Source: Trueperaceae bacterium
GTDB taxonomy: Bacteria; Deinococcota; Deinococci; Deinococcales; Trueperaceae
DNA length: 64,000 nt
Assembly: GCA_035703635.1 (NCBI GenBank)
Contig: DASSXV010000052.1
Coordinates: 28,104-92,103 of the forward strand
Reading direction: 5' to 3'
Positions 1 through 9,524 of the stretch are shown piece after piece. Both the position numbers and the translations under genes were made by a program. Positions within the stretch are counted from its first letter, which is position 1. Each line of letters begins with the position of its first letter. A model generated the notes under the pieces. It did not search any database. It was not told where the DNA came from and saw only the letters and a list, made by a program, of their open reading frames with translations.

Positions 1-522
1 GGTTTCCGGCTGCAGGGCTCCGTCGTGCAGCACGCCGCAGCACGGGCAGGCCGTCCACCCCAACGCGCGCCTGGCGGCCTGCAGCGCGAGCAGGCTACGG
101 CCGGCAGCGAGGACGCCGCGCTCGACGTCGTCGGGCAAGTCAAGGGTCGTCAAGGCCCGCGTTAGCCGCTGGAGGTCGCCCGGGTCCGGCGCCGGTGGCG
201 CGTGCGCTGGCTGCACGTGCTCGCTCTCGTCAAGCTTGCCGACTTGGAAGCGGATCTCGCGCACGTCAGTCACCAGGTAGCGCTCGCGGTAGGCCGTGAT
301 GAAGCGTTGCCGCTCCATGCTCAAGTGCATGGCCGTTTCGGAGTCGCTGACGTTGACGTAAAGCACGCCGTCGCGCAAGACCTTCGCGGCGCTGAAGGCC
401 GCCAGCTCCGGCCCGACGAGGCGGCGCCACAAGAGGACGGCCTCCGCCCGGCGCACGCCGCGCTTGAGGCCGCCGCGCCTGAAGACCTCGGCCAGGAGTT
501 CGGAGACGTGGCGCTCACGCAT
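1..522 (-). CDS. DUF721/DciA-family protein with Cys-rich (CPCC) segment; 3' end runs off the window
   Basis: Not in the ORF track because it is open at the edge. ATG at 522 overlaps the recF end. Translation MRERHVSELLAEVFRRGGLKRGVRRAEAVLLWRRLVGPELAAFS...DGVLYVNVSDSETAMHLSMERQRFI...VREIRFQVG is typical of DUF721. No stop codon down to base 1. Confidence 0.85.
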   Translation of the reverse strand, partial: MRERHVSELLAEVFRRGGLKRGVRRAEAVLLWRRLVGPELAAFSAAKVLRDGVLYVNVSDSETAMHLSMERQRFITAYRERYLVTDVREIRFQVGKLDESEHVQPAHAPPAPDPGDLQRLTRALTTLDLPDDVERGVLAAGRSLLALQAARRALGWTACPCCGVLHDGALQPET

Positions 523-1579
523 GGCTGCCCTCCAACGTCGTCGCTTTGCCGGAGCGCATCTCGAGCCGATGATCATAACGAGGCGGTGGCTCCGTGCCAG
601 ACACGAACGCCTGAGGCGTGGCGGCCGCCAGCTCGAGGAGGTACTCGCGCCGCGCCGCATCGAGCTCGGCGGTGAAGTCGTCGATCAGCAGCACGGGCGG
701 CTCAGCGTGCTTCTCACTCAACAGGCGGTACTCGGCCGTGCGCAAGGCAAGCGCCGTGGTGCGCGCTTCGCCACGAGACCCGTACTCCTGGAGGCTGACG
801 CCGCCTAGCTCGAGGTAGAGGTCGTCGCGGTGCGGGCCGACCACGGTCTGACCGCGGGCTGCCTCGACGATGCTGCTCGCCTCAAGGGCGGCCGCCAACG
901 ACTCCTCGGCATGAGACCGGCGCAGTGTGAGCTGGAGTTCGAGGTCCGCTCCGCCCGCCACCTCACGGTAAACGGTGGCGACGAGTGGACCGACGCGCTT
1001 AACGGCGCGGTCGCGCAGCGCGTCTATCTCGGAGCCGAGCGCCACGAAACGCTCGCTCCACACGGTTAGAGTCGGCGAGGCTGGGGTGCCGCGCAACAGT
1101 GCGTTGCGCTGCTCGACCACTCGCAGGTACTCGCGTAGCAACGACGCGTAGCGCGCCGACAGCTTGGAGAGGAGCCCGTCGAGGTACGAGCGCCTGCCAG
1201 CGGGTGGGCCGTGAACGAGATCGGCGTCCTCCGGCGTGAGGAGCACGGCGCTGACCACCCGCGCCACGTCGCTGGTGCGCGCGGCCTGACCGTCCACCTT
1301 GAGGACCTTGCGGCCGGGCGCCAAGCCCACCTCGATGCGCGACACGCCAGCGTCATGCTCTACCTCGGCGGCAACGTACGCTTCTTCCTCACCAAGGCGC
1401 ACTTGGCGCGCCAACCGGCCACCAACGACCTCGCCCGTGCACGCGAGGTATGCCGCCGCCAACAGGTTGCTCTTGCCGGCAGCGTTACGGCCAACGACGG
1501 CGACCACGCCGCCAGGGAAGTCGAGGCGCGTGCTCCGCAGGTTGCGGAAGTTAAGTTGCGACAGGTTCTTGAGCCGCAC
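515..1579 (-). CDS. recF: DNA replication/repair protein RecF
   Basis: Motifs NFRNL, Walker A GRNAAGKSNLL, GPHRDDL, YGSRGE and LLIDDFTAELD. Start reset to GTG 1579, 6 nt after TACACT. Confidence 0.96.
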   Translation of the reverse strand: MRLKNLSQLNFRNLRSTRLDFPGGVVAVVGRNAAGKSNLLAAAYLACTGEVVGGRLARQVRLGEEEAYVAAEVEHDAGVSRIEVGLAPGRKVLKVDGQAARTSDVARVVSAVLLTPEDADLVHGPPAGRRSYLDGLLSKLSARYASLLREYLRVVEQRNALLRGTPASPTLTVWSERFVALGSEIDALRDRAVKRVGPLVATVYREVAGGADLELQLTLRRSHAEESLAAALEASSIVEAARGQTVVGPHRDDLYLELGGVSLQEYGSRGEARTTALALRTAEYRLLSEKHAEPPVLLIDDFTAELDAARREYLLELAAATPQAFVSGTEPPPRYDHRLEMRSGKATTLEGSHA

Positions 1580-1702
1580 CTCACGAGTGTACCGCCGGGC
1601 GCTTGGGCTGCCGGTCAAGCAGGTGCAAGCGGCCAGACCGCGCCAAGCGTCCGTCGCGGCGGGTCAGGAGCGCCGCGCAGGCCGGTGCTAGACTCCAACC
1701 TG

Positions 1703-2938
1703 ATGAAAGACCTCGACGTCGCCGCTATCCGACGCGACTTCCCGATACTCGCCCGTGTGGTCAACGGCAAGCCGCTCGCGTACCTAGACAGCGCGGCCTC
1801 CAGTCAACGGCCGCGTCAGGTGCTTGACGCCATGCGTGACTATTACGAGAACCATCACGCCAACGTGCACCGCGGCGCCCACACCCTCGCTACCGAGGCT
1901 ACCGCTGCTTACGAGGGGGCCCGCGAGAAGGTGGCGCGCTTCATCGGCGCTCCGGACCCGCGCTCGCTCGTGTTTACCCGCAACGCCACCGAAGCCATCA
2001 ACCTGGTGGCGGCCAGTTGGGGCCGCGCCAACCTCCGCGCTGGCGACGAGGTCGTCATCAGCGTGGCAGAGCACCACGCCAACATCGTGCCGTGGCAGTT
2101 CCTCAAGCGTGACCTCGGCATCGTCATCCGGCCCGTGCCTCTCACGGCCGACCAGCGCCTCGACCTGGACGCGTTGCGCGGGAGCATCAACGAGCGCACG
2201 CGCCTCGTCGCCACCTTCCACATGAGCAACGTCCTTGGGGTCATCAACCCAGTAGCGGATATCGTGCGCAGCGCGCGCGAAGCCGGCGCGCTCGTGCTCA
2301 TCGACGGGGCGCAAGCGGCCCCGCACTTGCCCGTAGACGTCGCTGAGCTGGGTTGCGACTTCTACGCGTTCTCGGGCCACAAGATGCTTGGCCCCACGGG
2401 CATCGGGGTCCTGTGGGCGCGCCCCGAGGTGCTGGAGGGCATGCCGCCGTTCCTCGGCGGTGGCGAGATGATCGAGCGCGTAACGTTAGAGGAGAGCACG
2501 TACGCCGGCATCCCGGCGCGCTTCGAGGCTGGAACGCCGAGCGTCGCAGAGGCCGTCGGCTTGGGCGCCGCCGTCGACTACCTAACGGGCATCGGCATGG
2601 ACGCCATCGCCCGCCACGACCACGCGCTAGCCGAGCGGGCTATCGCGCTGCTCGCGGGCGTGCCTGGCGTTACCCTCTACGGGCCGCGCGGCTTGGACCG
2701 CGGCGGCATCGTCACCTTCACGGTCGCTGGGCTGCACGCGCACGACGTTGCCACCATGCTCGACCTGCAAGGCATCGCGGTCCGCGCCGGTCACCACTGT
2801 GCGCAGCCGCTCGGTCGCGTGCTCGGCGCAACCGCCAGCGTCAGGGCCAGCTTCTACCTCTACACGACGGTCGAGGAAGTCGAGCGCTTCGTCGCCGTCC
2901 TCGTCGAGATAGTCGAGCGCTTCGGGGTGCCAGCATGA
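1703..2938 (+). CDS. sufS: Cysteine desulfurase SufS
   Basis: Motifs YLDSAASSQ, ANVHRGAH, EHHANIVPW, FSGHKM (PLP Lys) and RAGHHCAQP. Start reset to ATG 1703. Confidence 0.96.
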   Translation: MKDLDVAAIRRDFPILARVVNGKPLAYLDSAASSQRPRQVLDAMRDYYENHHANVHRGAHTLATEATAAYEGAREKVARFIGAPDPRSLVFTRNATEAINLVAASWGRANLRAGDEVVISVAEHHANIVPWQFLKRDLGIVIRPVPLTADQRLDLDALRGSINERTRLVATFHMSNVLGVINPVADIVRSAREAGALVLIDGAQAAPHLPVDVAELGCDFYAFSGHKMLGPTGIGVLWARPEVLEGMPPFLGGGEMIERVTLEESTYAGIPARFEAGTPSVAEAVGLGAAVDYLTGIGMDAIARHDHALAERAIALLAGVPGVTLYGPRGLDRGGIVTFTVAGLHAHDVATMLDLQGIAVRAGHHCAQPLGRVLGATASVRASFYLYTTVEEVERFVAVLVEIVERFGVPA

Positions 2939-3366
2939 GCCTCCTCGACGAGCTCTACCAGGACGTCATCCTCGATCACTACCGCAAGCCACGACATCAC
3001 GGTGAGATGGCGGGTGCCGACGTCGTGCAGGAGGGCATAAACCCAAGCTGCGGCGACGAGCTGACCCTATACCTGAAGGCAGAGGGCGGGCGCCTCAGCG
3101 CCGCCAGTTTCGTCGGCGAAGGGTGCGCCATCTCGCAGGCAACGGCTAGCCTCATGCTAGGCGCCATCGTGGGTGGCACGAGGGAGGACGCGGCCGCGTT
3201 GTCAGCTGCATTCCAGCGCCTCATCAGGGGCGAGGACGTGGGCCGCGACCTCGGCGACCTGGAGGCGTTGGCCGGCATCGCCAAGTTGCCTGCGAGGGTC
3301 AAATGCGCAGTGCTGCCGTGGAAGACCCTCGACGAGGCACTAGCGCGACTCCCCGAGGCAAGCTAG
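2935..3366 (+). CDS. sufU: SufU Fe-S scaffold / sulfur-transfer protein
   Basis: MSLLDELYQDVILDHYRKP, NPSCGDE, GCAISQA, RVKCA. ATGA overlap with the sufS stop; the ORF track over-extends the N-terminus. Confidence 0.93.
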   Translation: MSLLDELYQDVILDHYRKPRHHGEMAGADVVQEGINPSCGDELTLYLKAEGGRLSAASFVGEGCAISQATASLMLGAIVGGTREDAAALSAAFQRLIRGEDVGRDLGDLEALAGIAKLPARVKCAVLPWKTLDEALARLPEAS

Positions 3367-3385
3367 GCGCGCTAGCGGCGAACGT

Positions 3386-3940
3386 TCACGAGCCGACGGT
3401 GTCGTCAAGCAAGGTAGCGGCCAGCGTGGCGGCGTTCGGCGCGTCGTCGCCGAGCAGCGCGCTGCTTAGCGGCGCGTCGGTAGCTGGCGCCTGCGCGTCA
3501 TCGGCCGCCAGCGCCGCTGAGTAGGCGGCGAGCAAGCCGCGGAACTGCTCCTTGAACAAGCGGCGCTGCTGCGTGACGCGCTCGAGTTCACCCCGCGCCC
3601 GCAGCAGGCTGGCTTCGATGTCGCTGAAGCGCGCCTGGCGCATGCGCTCGGCATCCTCGACGATGAGTTGCGCCTCGCGCTTGGCGTTCTCCTTCAGGTC
3701 GGCCGCGATGCGTTCCGCCGCCAGCACGACCTGCTGCAGCTCAGCCTCCGCCGTCCGCAGGCGCTCGATCTCGTCCTCCGCCTCGCCAAGGCGGCGCCGC
3801 ATGCTTTGGGCTGCCTTCAGCGACTCTTCGACCTCGAGCGCCAGTCGTTCGAGGAACGCCTTCACCTCACGCCTGTCGTAACCGCCTGCGCGCCTCGTGA
3901 ACTCGGCGTGCTGGATGTCGATGGGGGTGAGGCGGCTCAC
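3386..3940 (-). CDS. divIVA: DivIVA domain protein
   Basis: LTPIDIQHAEFTRRAGGYDRREVKAFLERL followed by a coiled coil. Start taken at GTG 3940. Confidence 0.88.
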   Translation of the reverse strand: MSRLTPIDIQHAEFTRRAGGYDRREVKAFLERLALEVEESLKAAQSMRRRLGEAEDEIERLRTAEAELQQVVLAAERIAADLKENAKREAQLIVEDAERMRQARFSDIEASLLRARGELERVTQQRRLFKEQFRGLLAAYSAALAADDAQAPATDAPLSSALLGDDAPNAATLAATLLDDTVGS

Positions 3941-3995
3941 GGCGAGCGCCCTGACATCGAGCAAGCCAGGTCACGTTTGGCCAGCGGCGGCACGT

Positions 3996-4850
3996 TCAGA
4001 GGCCCGGAAGTACGGCGCGCACGAAGCGTCTGAAGGTCGTGCCGCTGCGGGCGGCCACGGCGAGGACCTCGTCACCGGTGGCGTGCTCGTCGCGGTCGGG
4101 CAAGGCCATGTCGGTAACGGTCGAGATGCCGAGCACGCGCATGCCGAGGTGACGCGCGCGCATGACCTCGAAGACCGTAGACATGCCGATGGCGTCAGCG
4201 CCCATGCCACGGAAGGCGCGCAACTCGGCGCGGCTCGCGTAGGTGGGACCCGAGATGGCCAGGTAGACGCCCTCCTTCAAGAGCACGCCCTCACGCATGG
4301 CTACCTCGCGCGCATGGCGCAGGTACTCGGGATCGTAGCAGTCGAACATGACCGTGAAGCGCGGGTAGCTGTCGTCGTCGTTTGGCCCGATGAGGGGGTT
4401 CTGACCCGTGAAGTTGATGTAGTCGAGCTGCAGCATGAGGTCGCCTGCCGAGAAGGCGGGGTTGAGGCCGCCGCAAGCGTTCGTCACGACGAGGCTGCTC
4501 GCGCCGAGCCCATGCATGACGGCCACGGGGAACGTGCACTCTTGAGCGCTGAAGCCCTCGTACGGGTGAATACGCCCCTGCATGGCTACTACCTTGCGAC
4601 CGCCAAGCTCACCTAGCACGAAGCGGCCGGCGTGACCTGGCGCGGTGGCGAGCGGCATGCCTGGAACGGCAGCGTACGGCACGGAAGTTGCGCCCTCTAT
4701 CTCGTCCGCTAGCGGCCCAAGGCCTGAGCCGAGGATGATGGCCAGCTCCGGGACGGTGTTGGTGGCGCTGCGGACGGCAGCGACCGCCGCAGCGAGCTGG
4801 GTGGCCGTTTGCGCCTGCCGCTGAGCGGCTGAACTGCCGGTTTCGGTCAT
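3996..4850 (-). CDS. punA: Purine-nucleoside phosphorylase (trimeric type)
   Basis: Motifs IILGSGLG, GHAGRFVLG, MQGRIHPYEG, TNACGG, GPTY and GADAIGMSTV. Confidence 0.93.
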   Translation of the reverse strand: MTETGSSAAQRQAQTATQLAAAVAAVRSATNTVPELAIILGSGLGPLADEIEGATSVPYAAVPGMPLATAPGHAGRFVLGELGGRKVVAMQGRIHPYEGFSAQECTFPVAVMHGLGASSLVVTNACGGLNPAFSAGDLMLQLDYINFTGQNPLIGPNDDDSYPRFTVMFDCYDPEYLRHAREVAMREGVLLKEGVYLAISGPTYASRAELRAFRGMGADAIGMSTVFEVMRARHLGMRVLGISTVTDMALPDRDEHATGDEVLAVAARSGTTFRRFVRAVLPGL

Positions 4851-4962
4851 GGTCGAATCATAACCGCGGCCGCGCTGGGAGGGCTTGCGTGCGCCAGAGT
4901 CGTTCCGCCATCAGCGTGCTTTCCCCTTAGTCCTCTCACAAACGCTCCGGTAGACTGCTCGC

Positions 4963-7602
4963 ATGTCGTTCAGCCGCCTGTCAGTCGTCATGTTCCTGAT
5001 CCTCGCGCCGCTAGTCGCCTTCGGGCAGGGCAACGTGCAAGGCAGACTCGTAGAGGTGCGCGTGACCGGCACCACCACCTACGCCGATATCGTCCGCACG
5101 ATCATCACTTCGCGCGTTGGCACGGACACCGCGAACATCGACCTAGAAGCCGAACGCAACCGGGTTTACAGCTTGGGCACGTTCGACTCGGTGACGCTGA
5201 CCTACGAGTCATCCCCAGCCGGGCCTGTCCTCGTCATCGCAGTCAAAGAGAACCCGCGCGTAGGCGAGATCGAGTTTAGTGGCGCGGTGACGATCCCAGC
5301 CGCGACGCTGCTAGAGGCGCTGCGCGTTACTAACCTGCTCGAGCCAGGGCGCGTCTACAACACCACCCGCGCCGAGGAGGCGAAGGACACGATCCGCCAA
5401 CTCTACCGCCAGGCTGGTTTCCCGTTCGACGTCGAAGTCGACCTCACGCTCACGCCCGCCCCGGACCTCGCAACCAACGCAGCCGAAGTCCCCGTGCGGC
5501 TCACGTACACCGTTGACGAGTCCGCCGCCATAACCAAGGCGGAGTTCGAGGGCAACACCGTGCTGTCGAACGCCGACCTGGCTAGCCTCTTCCAGGGTCT
5601 AGTGAAGGCCGGGGAGTTCGATCCCACCCTCTACTCCTCGACCGTGCAGGCAGTGAGCACGCGGTACTGGAACCTCGGCTACCGCGGCAGCGGGGTAGAC
5701 CCGGCCACGACCACCCTCGAAGGCGGCGTGCTCAAGGTCGGCATCCTCGAACTTAGCATCGCGTCGATCGACACGACGGCGTTGGGCGTCGACCCCGCCG
5801 AGCTCAAGATCAAGCCGGGCGACCTCTTCAATTACGACACCCTCCTTAGCGAAGTGAAGCGCCTGGCACGCGGCCGCTCGTCCGACGTCCAGTTGCAAGC
5901 AGCCGTGTCGCCGACTGGCGGGGTACGCGTCACCTTCCGCCTCGGTGCGCCTGAGACGGCGGGCACGGTCGACGACATCGTCATCGAGGGCAACACCGTG
6001 CTCAGTGCAGAGGAGCTCGCCAAGGTCCTCAAGCTCGAAGTCGGCGATACGTTCACCTCCGTACTGGCGCAGGATGACTTCCAGAGCATCGTCCGCGCCT
6101 ACCAGGCCGCCGGCTACCGCGTGGTGACGCGCCCTGACTTCTCTTACGACGACGGTACCTACGTGCAGCGCGTGACCGAGCTCAAGACGGCAGGCTACGA
6201 GCTCCGCTATGACGGCGACCCAAGCTCAACGCGCGACACGGTCGTGACGCGCTACCTACCCAAGGTCGGTTCTGTGGTGTCAGACAAGCAGCTCGTAGAG
6301 GGGCTCAGGCAAGTCGCCTCCCTCGGCGTGGTCGACGTCATCACTTACGCGCTCGAGCCCGTCGAGGCGCCAGATGAAGCGCTCGTCGTCATCACGCTCG
6401 CCAAGCGCCAGACGGGCGAGCTGAGGCCAGCGGCAACGTACGCCACGGACACGGGCTTCTCAGGCAGCGTCGAGTACTCCGAGAAGAACTTCCTCGGCCT
6501 CGCCCACACAGTCAGCGCCGAGGTAGATGTCGTCAACACCGACATCGGCATCATGCTAGGTGGGCGGTTGAGTTACGCCATCCCCTGGCTCTACGTCGAC
6601 GCGCTCGACTTCGAGGAAGTGCCGACCGCCATCAACTTCTCGCTCTTCAGCGTCGTCAACAACAACAACCCGCTGTCCGCCGCCAACCAGACGTCCATCC
6701 TCTACCCGGGGCTAACTGACACGCCCGACAACTACGTGCGCGTCGGGGAGTACACGGTGCGCTCGAGCGGCTTGGGCTTCAGCGTCGGCCGGCCGATCGC
6801 GCAGGACACTTACCTGCTAGTGAGCGCCAACGGCGCATATAACGACTACAAGCTCGAGCCGCCCATCGGCGACTGCGAGATCGTGGGCGGCGTCATCCAG
6901 AACCCGACGAAGTGCTCCGTCCCGAGCTCGTTCGCCGTTTCCTACCTGCCAACGAGCGGCCTGTCCGCGTTCACCGGCGCGCGCGTCACGTACGACTCGC
7001 GTAGCGACACGAACTTCCCGTCGGACGGCATGTCCGCGTACGGCGCTGCCGGCATCGGGTTCGGCAACGACTTCCTCGTGGGAGGCGCCCGCGCAGGGTA
7101 CATGTACGAGCAGGTAGCGGCTGGCGTGCGCACCTACGTGAAGCTCGCGGACCTCATGCCGGGCGAGATCCAGGACGAGAGCCACGTCTTCGCGGTGCGG
7201 CTGGACGTCGGTCACCAGTTCGGCGGACTCTACCCGGAGAGCAAGCGCTTCACCGTTGGGCGCACGAACGACGTCGCCACGCAGATCCGCGGCTACACCC
7301 TCGAGGACTTCGATCTCTCGCGCACCTACGCAACGGCCTCGTTCGAGTACCGCTACGACTTCGGACTGTCGACGGTTGCTACCCAGACGGTGATCGGCTT
7401 GGCCTTCGTCGACGTCGGCTGGGCGTCTGGGGTGCCGGAGTACGCCGAGTACGCCACGCCAGTGTTCGCGGGCGCCGGCCTCGGGGTGCAGGTCAACCTC
7501 GGCTTCGGCGGGCTCATCTTGCCAGCCATCCGCCTCGATTACGCGTTCAGCGAACGCCACCCAACGGGCGTGTTCAGCTTCCGCGTTGGACCGGTGTTCT
7601 AA
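4963..7602 (+). CDS. bamA: Outer-membrane protein assembly factor BamA/Omp85
   Basis: Signal peptide, repeated POTRA-like segments (V.ENPRVGEIEFSG, I.IEGNTVLS), EKNFLGLAH barrel start, IRGY motif and C-terminal FSFRVGPVF. Confidence 0.9.
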   Translation: MSFSRLSVVMFLILAPLVAFGQGNVQGRLVEVRVTGTTTYADIVRTIITSRVGTDTANIDLEAERNRVYSLGTFDSVTLTYESSPAGPVLVIAVKENPRVGEIEFSGAVTIPAATLLEALRVTNLLEPGRVYNTTRAEEAKDTIRQLYRQAGFPFDVEVDLTLTPAPDLATNAAEVPVRLTYTVDESAAITKAEFEGNTVLSNADLASLFQGLVKAGEFDPTLYSSTVQAVSTRYWNLGYRGSGVDPATTTLEGGVLKVGILELSIASIDTTALGVDPAELKIKPGDLFNYDTLLSEVKRLARGRSSDVQLQAAVSPTGGVRVTFRLGAPETAGTVDDIVIEGNTVLSAEELAKVLKLEVGDTFTSVLAQDDFQSIVRAYQAAGYRVVTRPDFSYDDGTYVQRVTELKTAGYELRYDGDPSSTRDTVVTRYLPKVGSVVSDKQLVEGLRQVASLGVVDVITYALEPVEAPDEALVVITLAKRQTGELRPAATYATDTGFSGSVEYSEKNFLGLAHTVSAEVDVVNTDIGIMLGGRLSYAIPWLYVDALDFEEVPTAINFSLFSVVNNNNPLSAANQTSILYPGLTDTPDNYVRVGEYTVRSSGLGFSVGRPIAQDTYLLVSANGAYNDYKLEPPIGDCEIVGGVIQNPTKCSVPSSFAVSYLPTSGLSAFTGARVTYDSRSDTNFPSDGMSAYGAAGIGFGNDFLVGGARAGYMYEQVAAGVRTYVKLADLMPGEIQDESHVFAVRLDVGHQFGGLYPESKRFTVGRTNDVATQIRGYTLEDFDLSRTYATASFEYRYDFGLSTVATQTVIGLAFVDVGWASGVPEYAEYATPVFAGAGLGVQVNLGFGGLILPAIRLDYAFSERHPTGVFSFRVGPVF

Positions 7603-7614
7603 GGCGCGGCGGCG

Positions 7615-8262
7615 TCAGGAGCCAGCGATCTCGGTTAGTAACTCGGGATCCTGGATGCTCAGCTTGGCGTACCCGGCCCGCAGCGCTCCGGCGCGGACCA
7701 GCTCGCCTATGACTTTGGTGACGGTCTCGCGCACGGAGCCGACCGCTGCGGCTAGTTCGTCGTGCGTCATGCGCACGGTGGCCACTCCGTCTGCGTTGCG
7801 GGTCGCTAGCGCCGAGTCGGCTAGTTCGAGGAGTTCCGCCGCCACGCGCGCCTTCAGTGGTTTGCTTGCCAGGCGCAACACTGAGCGGTTCATGCGGTCT
7901 AGGGCCAGCGCTAGATCTACCGCGAAGGCGCGCAACTCGCTTGGAGTCAGCCTCTGCGGATCGCTGCGCACGGTGCTGGCCTCGGTGACCGCCTCGGCGA
8001 AGTAGCGGCGCTGCTTGCCCGTGATGGCTTCCTCGCCGAAGTACCCGCCCGGCTTGACGTAACGCAACGTGGCGCCGAAGCCAGCGTCATCGACGGTGTG
8101 CAGCCGCACCAATCCGGATACGACTTGGTAAAGCTCGCTCGGTGGACCAGGGAAAAGCAGGACGTCGCCTGCCGCGTAATGCCTGGACCCCACCAACGCC
8201 TGCTGCCTGACTGCTTCTGTACCGCCACTCACGGGCTCTAGCCTCTCAGAGCGCGCTTTCAC
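7615..8262 (-). CDS. CRP/FNR-family regulator, DdrI/SdrP/LdrP type
   Basis: GLVRLHTVDDAG..TLRYVKPGGYFGEEA and HTH THDELAAAVGSVRETVTKVIGEL resemble Deinococcus DdrI and Thermus SdrP as I recall them. Start uncertain; GTG 8262 chosen. Confidence 0.88.
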   Translation of the reverse strand: MKARSERLEPVSGGTEAVRQQALVGSRHYAAGDVLLFPGPPSELYQVVSGLVRLHTVDDAGFGATLRYVKPGGYFGEEAITGKQRRYFAEAVTEASTVRSDPQRLTPSELRAFAVDLALALDRMNRSVLRLASKPLKARVAAELLELADSALATRNADGVATVRMTHDELAAAVGSVRETVTKVIGELVRAGALRAGYAKLSIQDPELLTEIAGS

Positions 8263-8359
8263 ATGGTGCCCGCGCTCGCCTCGCAACTGTGAGGATAGAC
8301 CCACATTCGCTTGGCGTCCGCGTCGTGGCGCACGTCCGTGCATGGTTAGGCGGCGCAGG

Positions 8360-9445
8360 TCAGACGTTGAAGAGGAAGTTCATGACGTCGCCGTCCTTGA
8401 CGACGTACTCCTTGCCCTCCACCCGCAGTTTGCCCTTGGCGCGGGCGTTGGCGATGCTGCCTGCCTCTATGAGGTCCTCGTAACTGACGACCTCCGCGCG
8501 GATGAAGCCGCGCTCGAAGTCGGAATGTATCTCACCCGCCGCCTGCGGCGCCTTGCTGCCCGCCTTCACGGTCCAGGCGCGCACTTCCTTCTCGCCAGCC
8601 GTCAGGAAGGTAAGGAGACCGAGGGTGTGATACCCGGTCCGGATGAGGCGTTCGAGGCCCGGCTTGTCCAACCCCATGTCCGCGAGGAACGCTTGGGCTT
8701 CCTCGGGTTCGAGTTGCGCCAGCTCCTCCTCGATGCGAGCGGATATGACGACGACGTCTGCGTTCTCGACCTTGGCGTGCTCCTGCACGAGCTTCACGTA
8801 ACTATTGCCACCCACAACGTCCGACTCCGCCACGTTGCACACGTAGATGACGGGCTTGGCGGTTAGCAAGCCGCTGTCGTTCGGCAGTTCGAGCCCTGAG
8901 CGGCGAGCTGGTTGGCCAGCGTTCAACTGCTTGAGGACTTCCTCGAGGGGCGCTATCAGCGCGGCGTCGTCAGGATTGCTCTTGGCGCTGCGCCGAACGC
9001 GCTCGAGGCGGCGCTCCAGCGTCGCGATGTCGGCCAGGATGAGTTCCGTGTCGATGACTTCGATGTCGGCGAGGGGATCGACTTTGCCAGCCACGTGCAC
9101 GACGTTGTCGTCCTCGAAGCAACGCACCACGTGCGCGATGGCCGCGACCTCGCGGATATGTGAGAGGAACTGGTTGCCTAGCCCCTCACCTTTGTGAGCG
9201 CCGCGCACGAGGCCGGCGATGTCGACGAACTCCATGTGGGTCGGCACGATCACGGGCACGCGCGTGCCCTTGGTGTTCTGGCGCTGCAGCACGGCAAGGC
9301 GCTCGTCTGGCACGCTCACGGCGCCGATGTTCTTGTCTATGGTGGCGAACGGGTAGTTCGCGGCCTCCACACCAGCCCGGGTGATGGCGTTGAACAGCGT
9401 GCTCTTGCCGACGTTTGGCAAGCCGACGATACCTATGGCGAGCAT
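8360..9445 (-). CDS. ychF: Redox-regulated ATPase YchF
   Basis: [30 protein letters not shown] and a TGS domain ending FLFNV. SD AGGAG before ATG 9445. Confidence 0.97.
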   Translation of the reverse strand: MLAIGIVGLPNVGKSTLFNAITRAGVEAANYPFATIDKNIGAVSVPDERLAVLQRQNTKGTRVPVIVPTHMEFVDIAGLVRGAHKGEGLGNQFLSHIREVAAIAHVVRCFEDDNVVHVAGKVDPLADIEVIDTELILADIATLERRLERVRRSAKSNPDDAALIAPLEEVLKQLNAGQPARRSGLELPNDSGLLTAKPVIYVCNVAESDVVGGNSYVKLVQEHAKVENADVVVISARIEEELAQLEPEEAQAFLADMGLDKPGLERLIRTGYHTLGLLTFLTAGEKEVRAWTVKAGSKAPQAAGEIHSDFERGFIRAEVVSYEDLIEAGSIANARAKGKLRVEGKEYVVKDGDVMNFLFNV

Positions 9446-9524
9446 TGTTCTCCTAAACGCGGCCGCCATGGCTGGGGGCCGTAGTTGCGTCTGTGACGCT
9501 CTCGGTAAGTGATAGAGTGCGCCC

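Noticed and set aside
1211-1702. 164-aa N-terminal extension of SufS in the ORF track
   Set aside because: It overlaps recF on the other strand; the -10 box and SufS motifs point to ATG 1703. Similar over-extensions were trimmed for sufU, ychF, ruvB, folC, aapJ and others.
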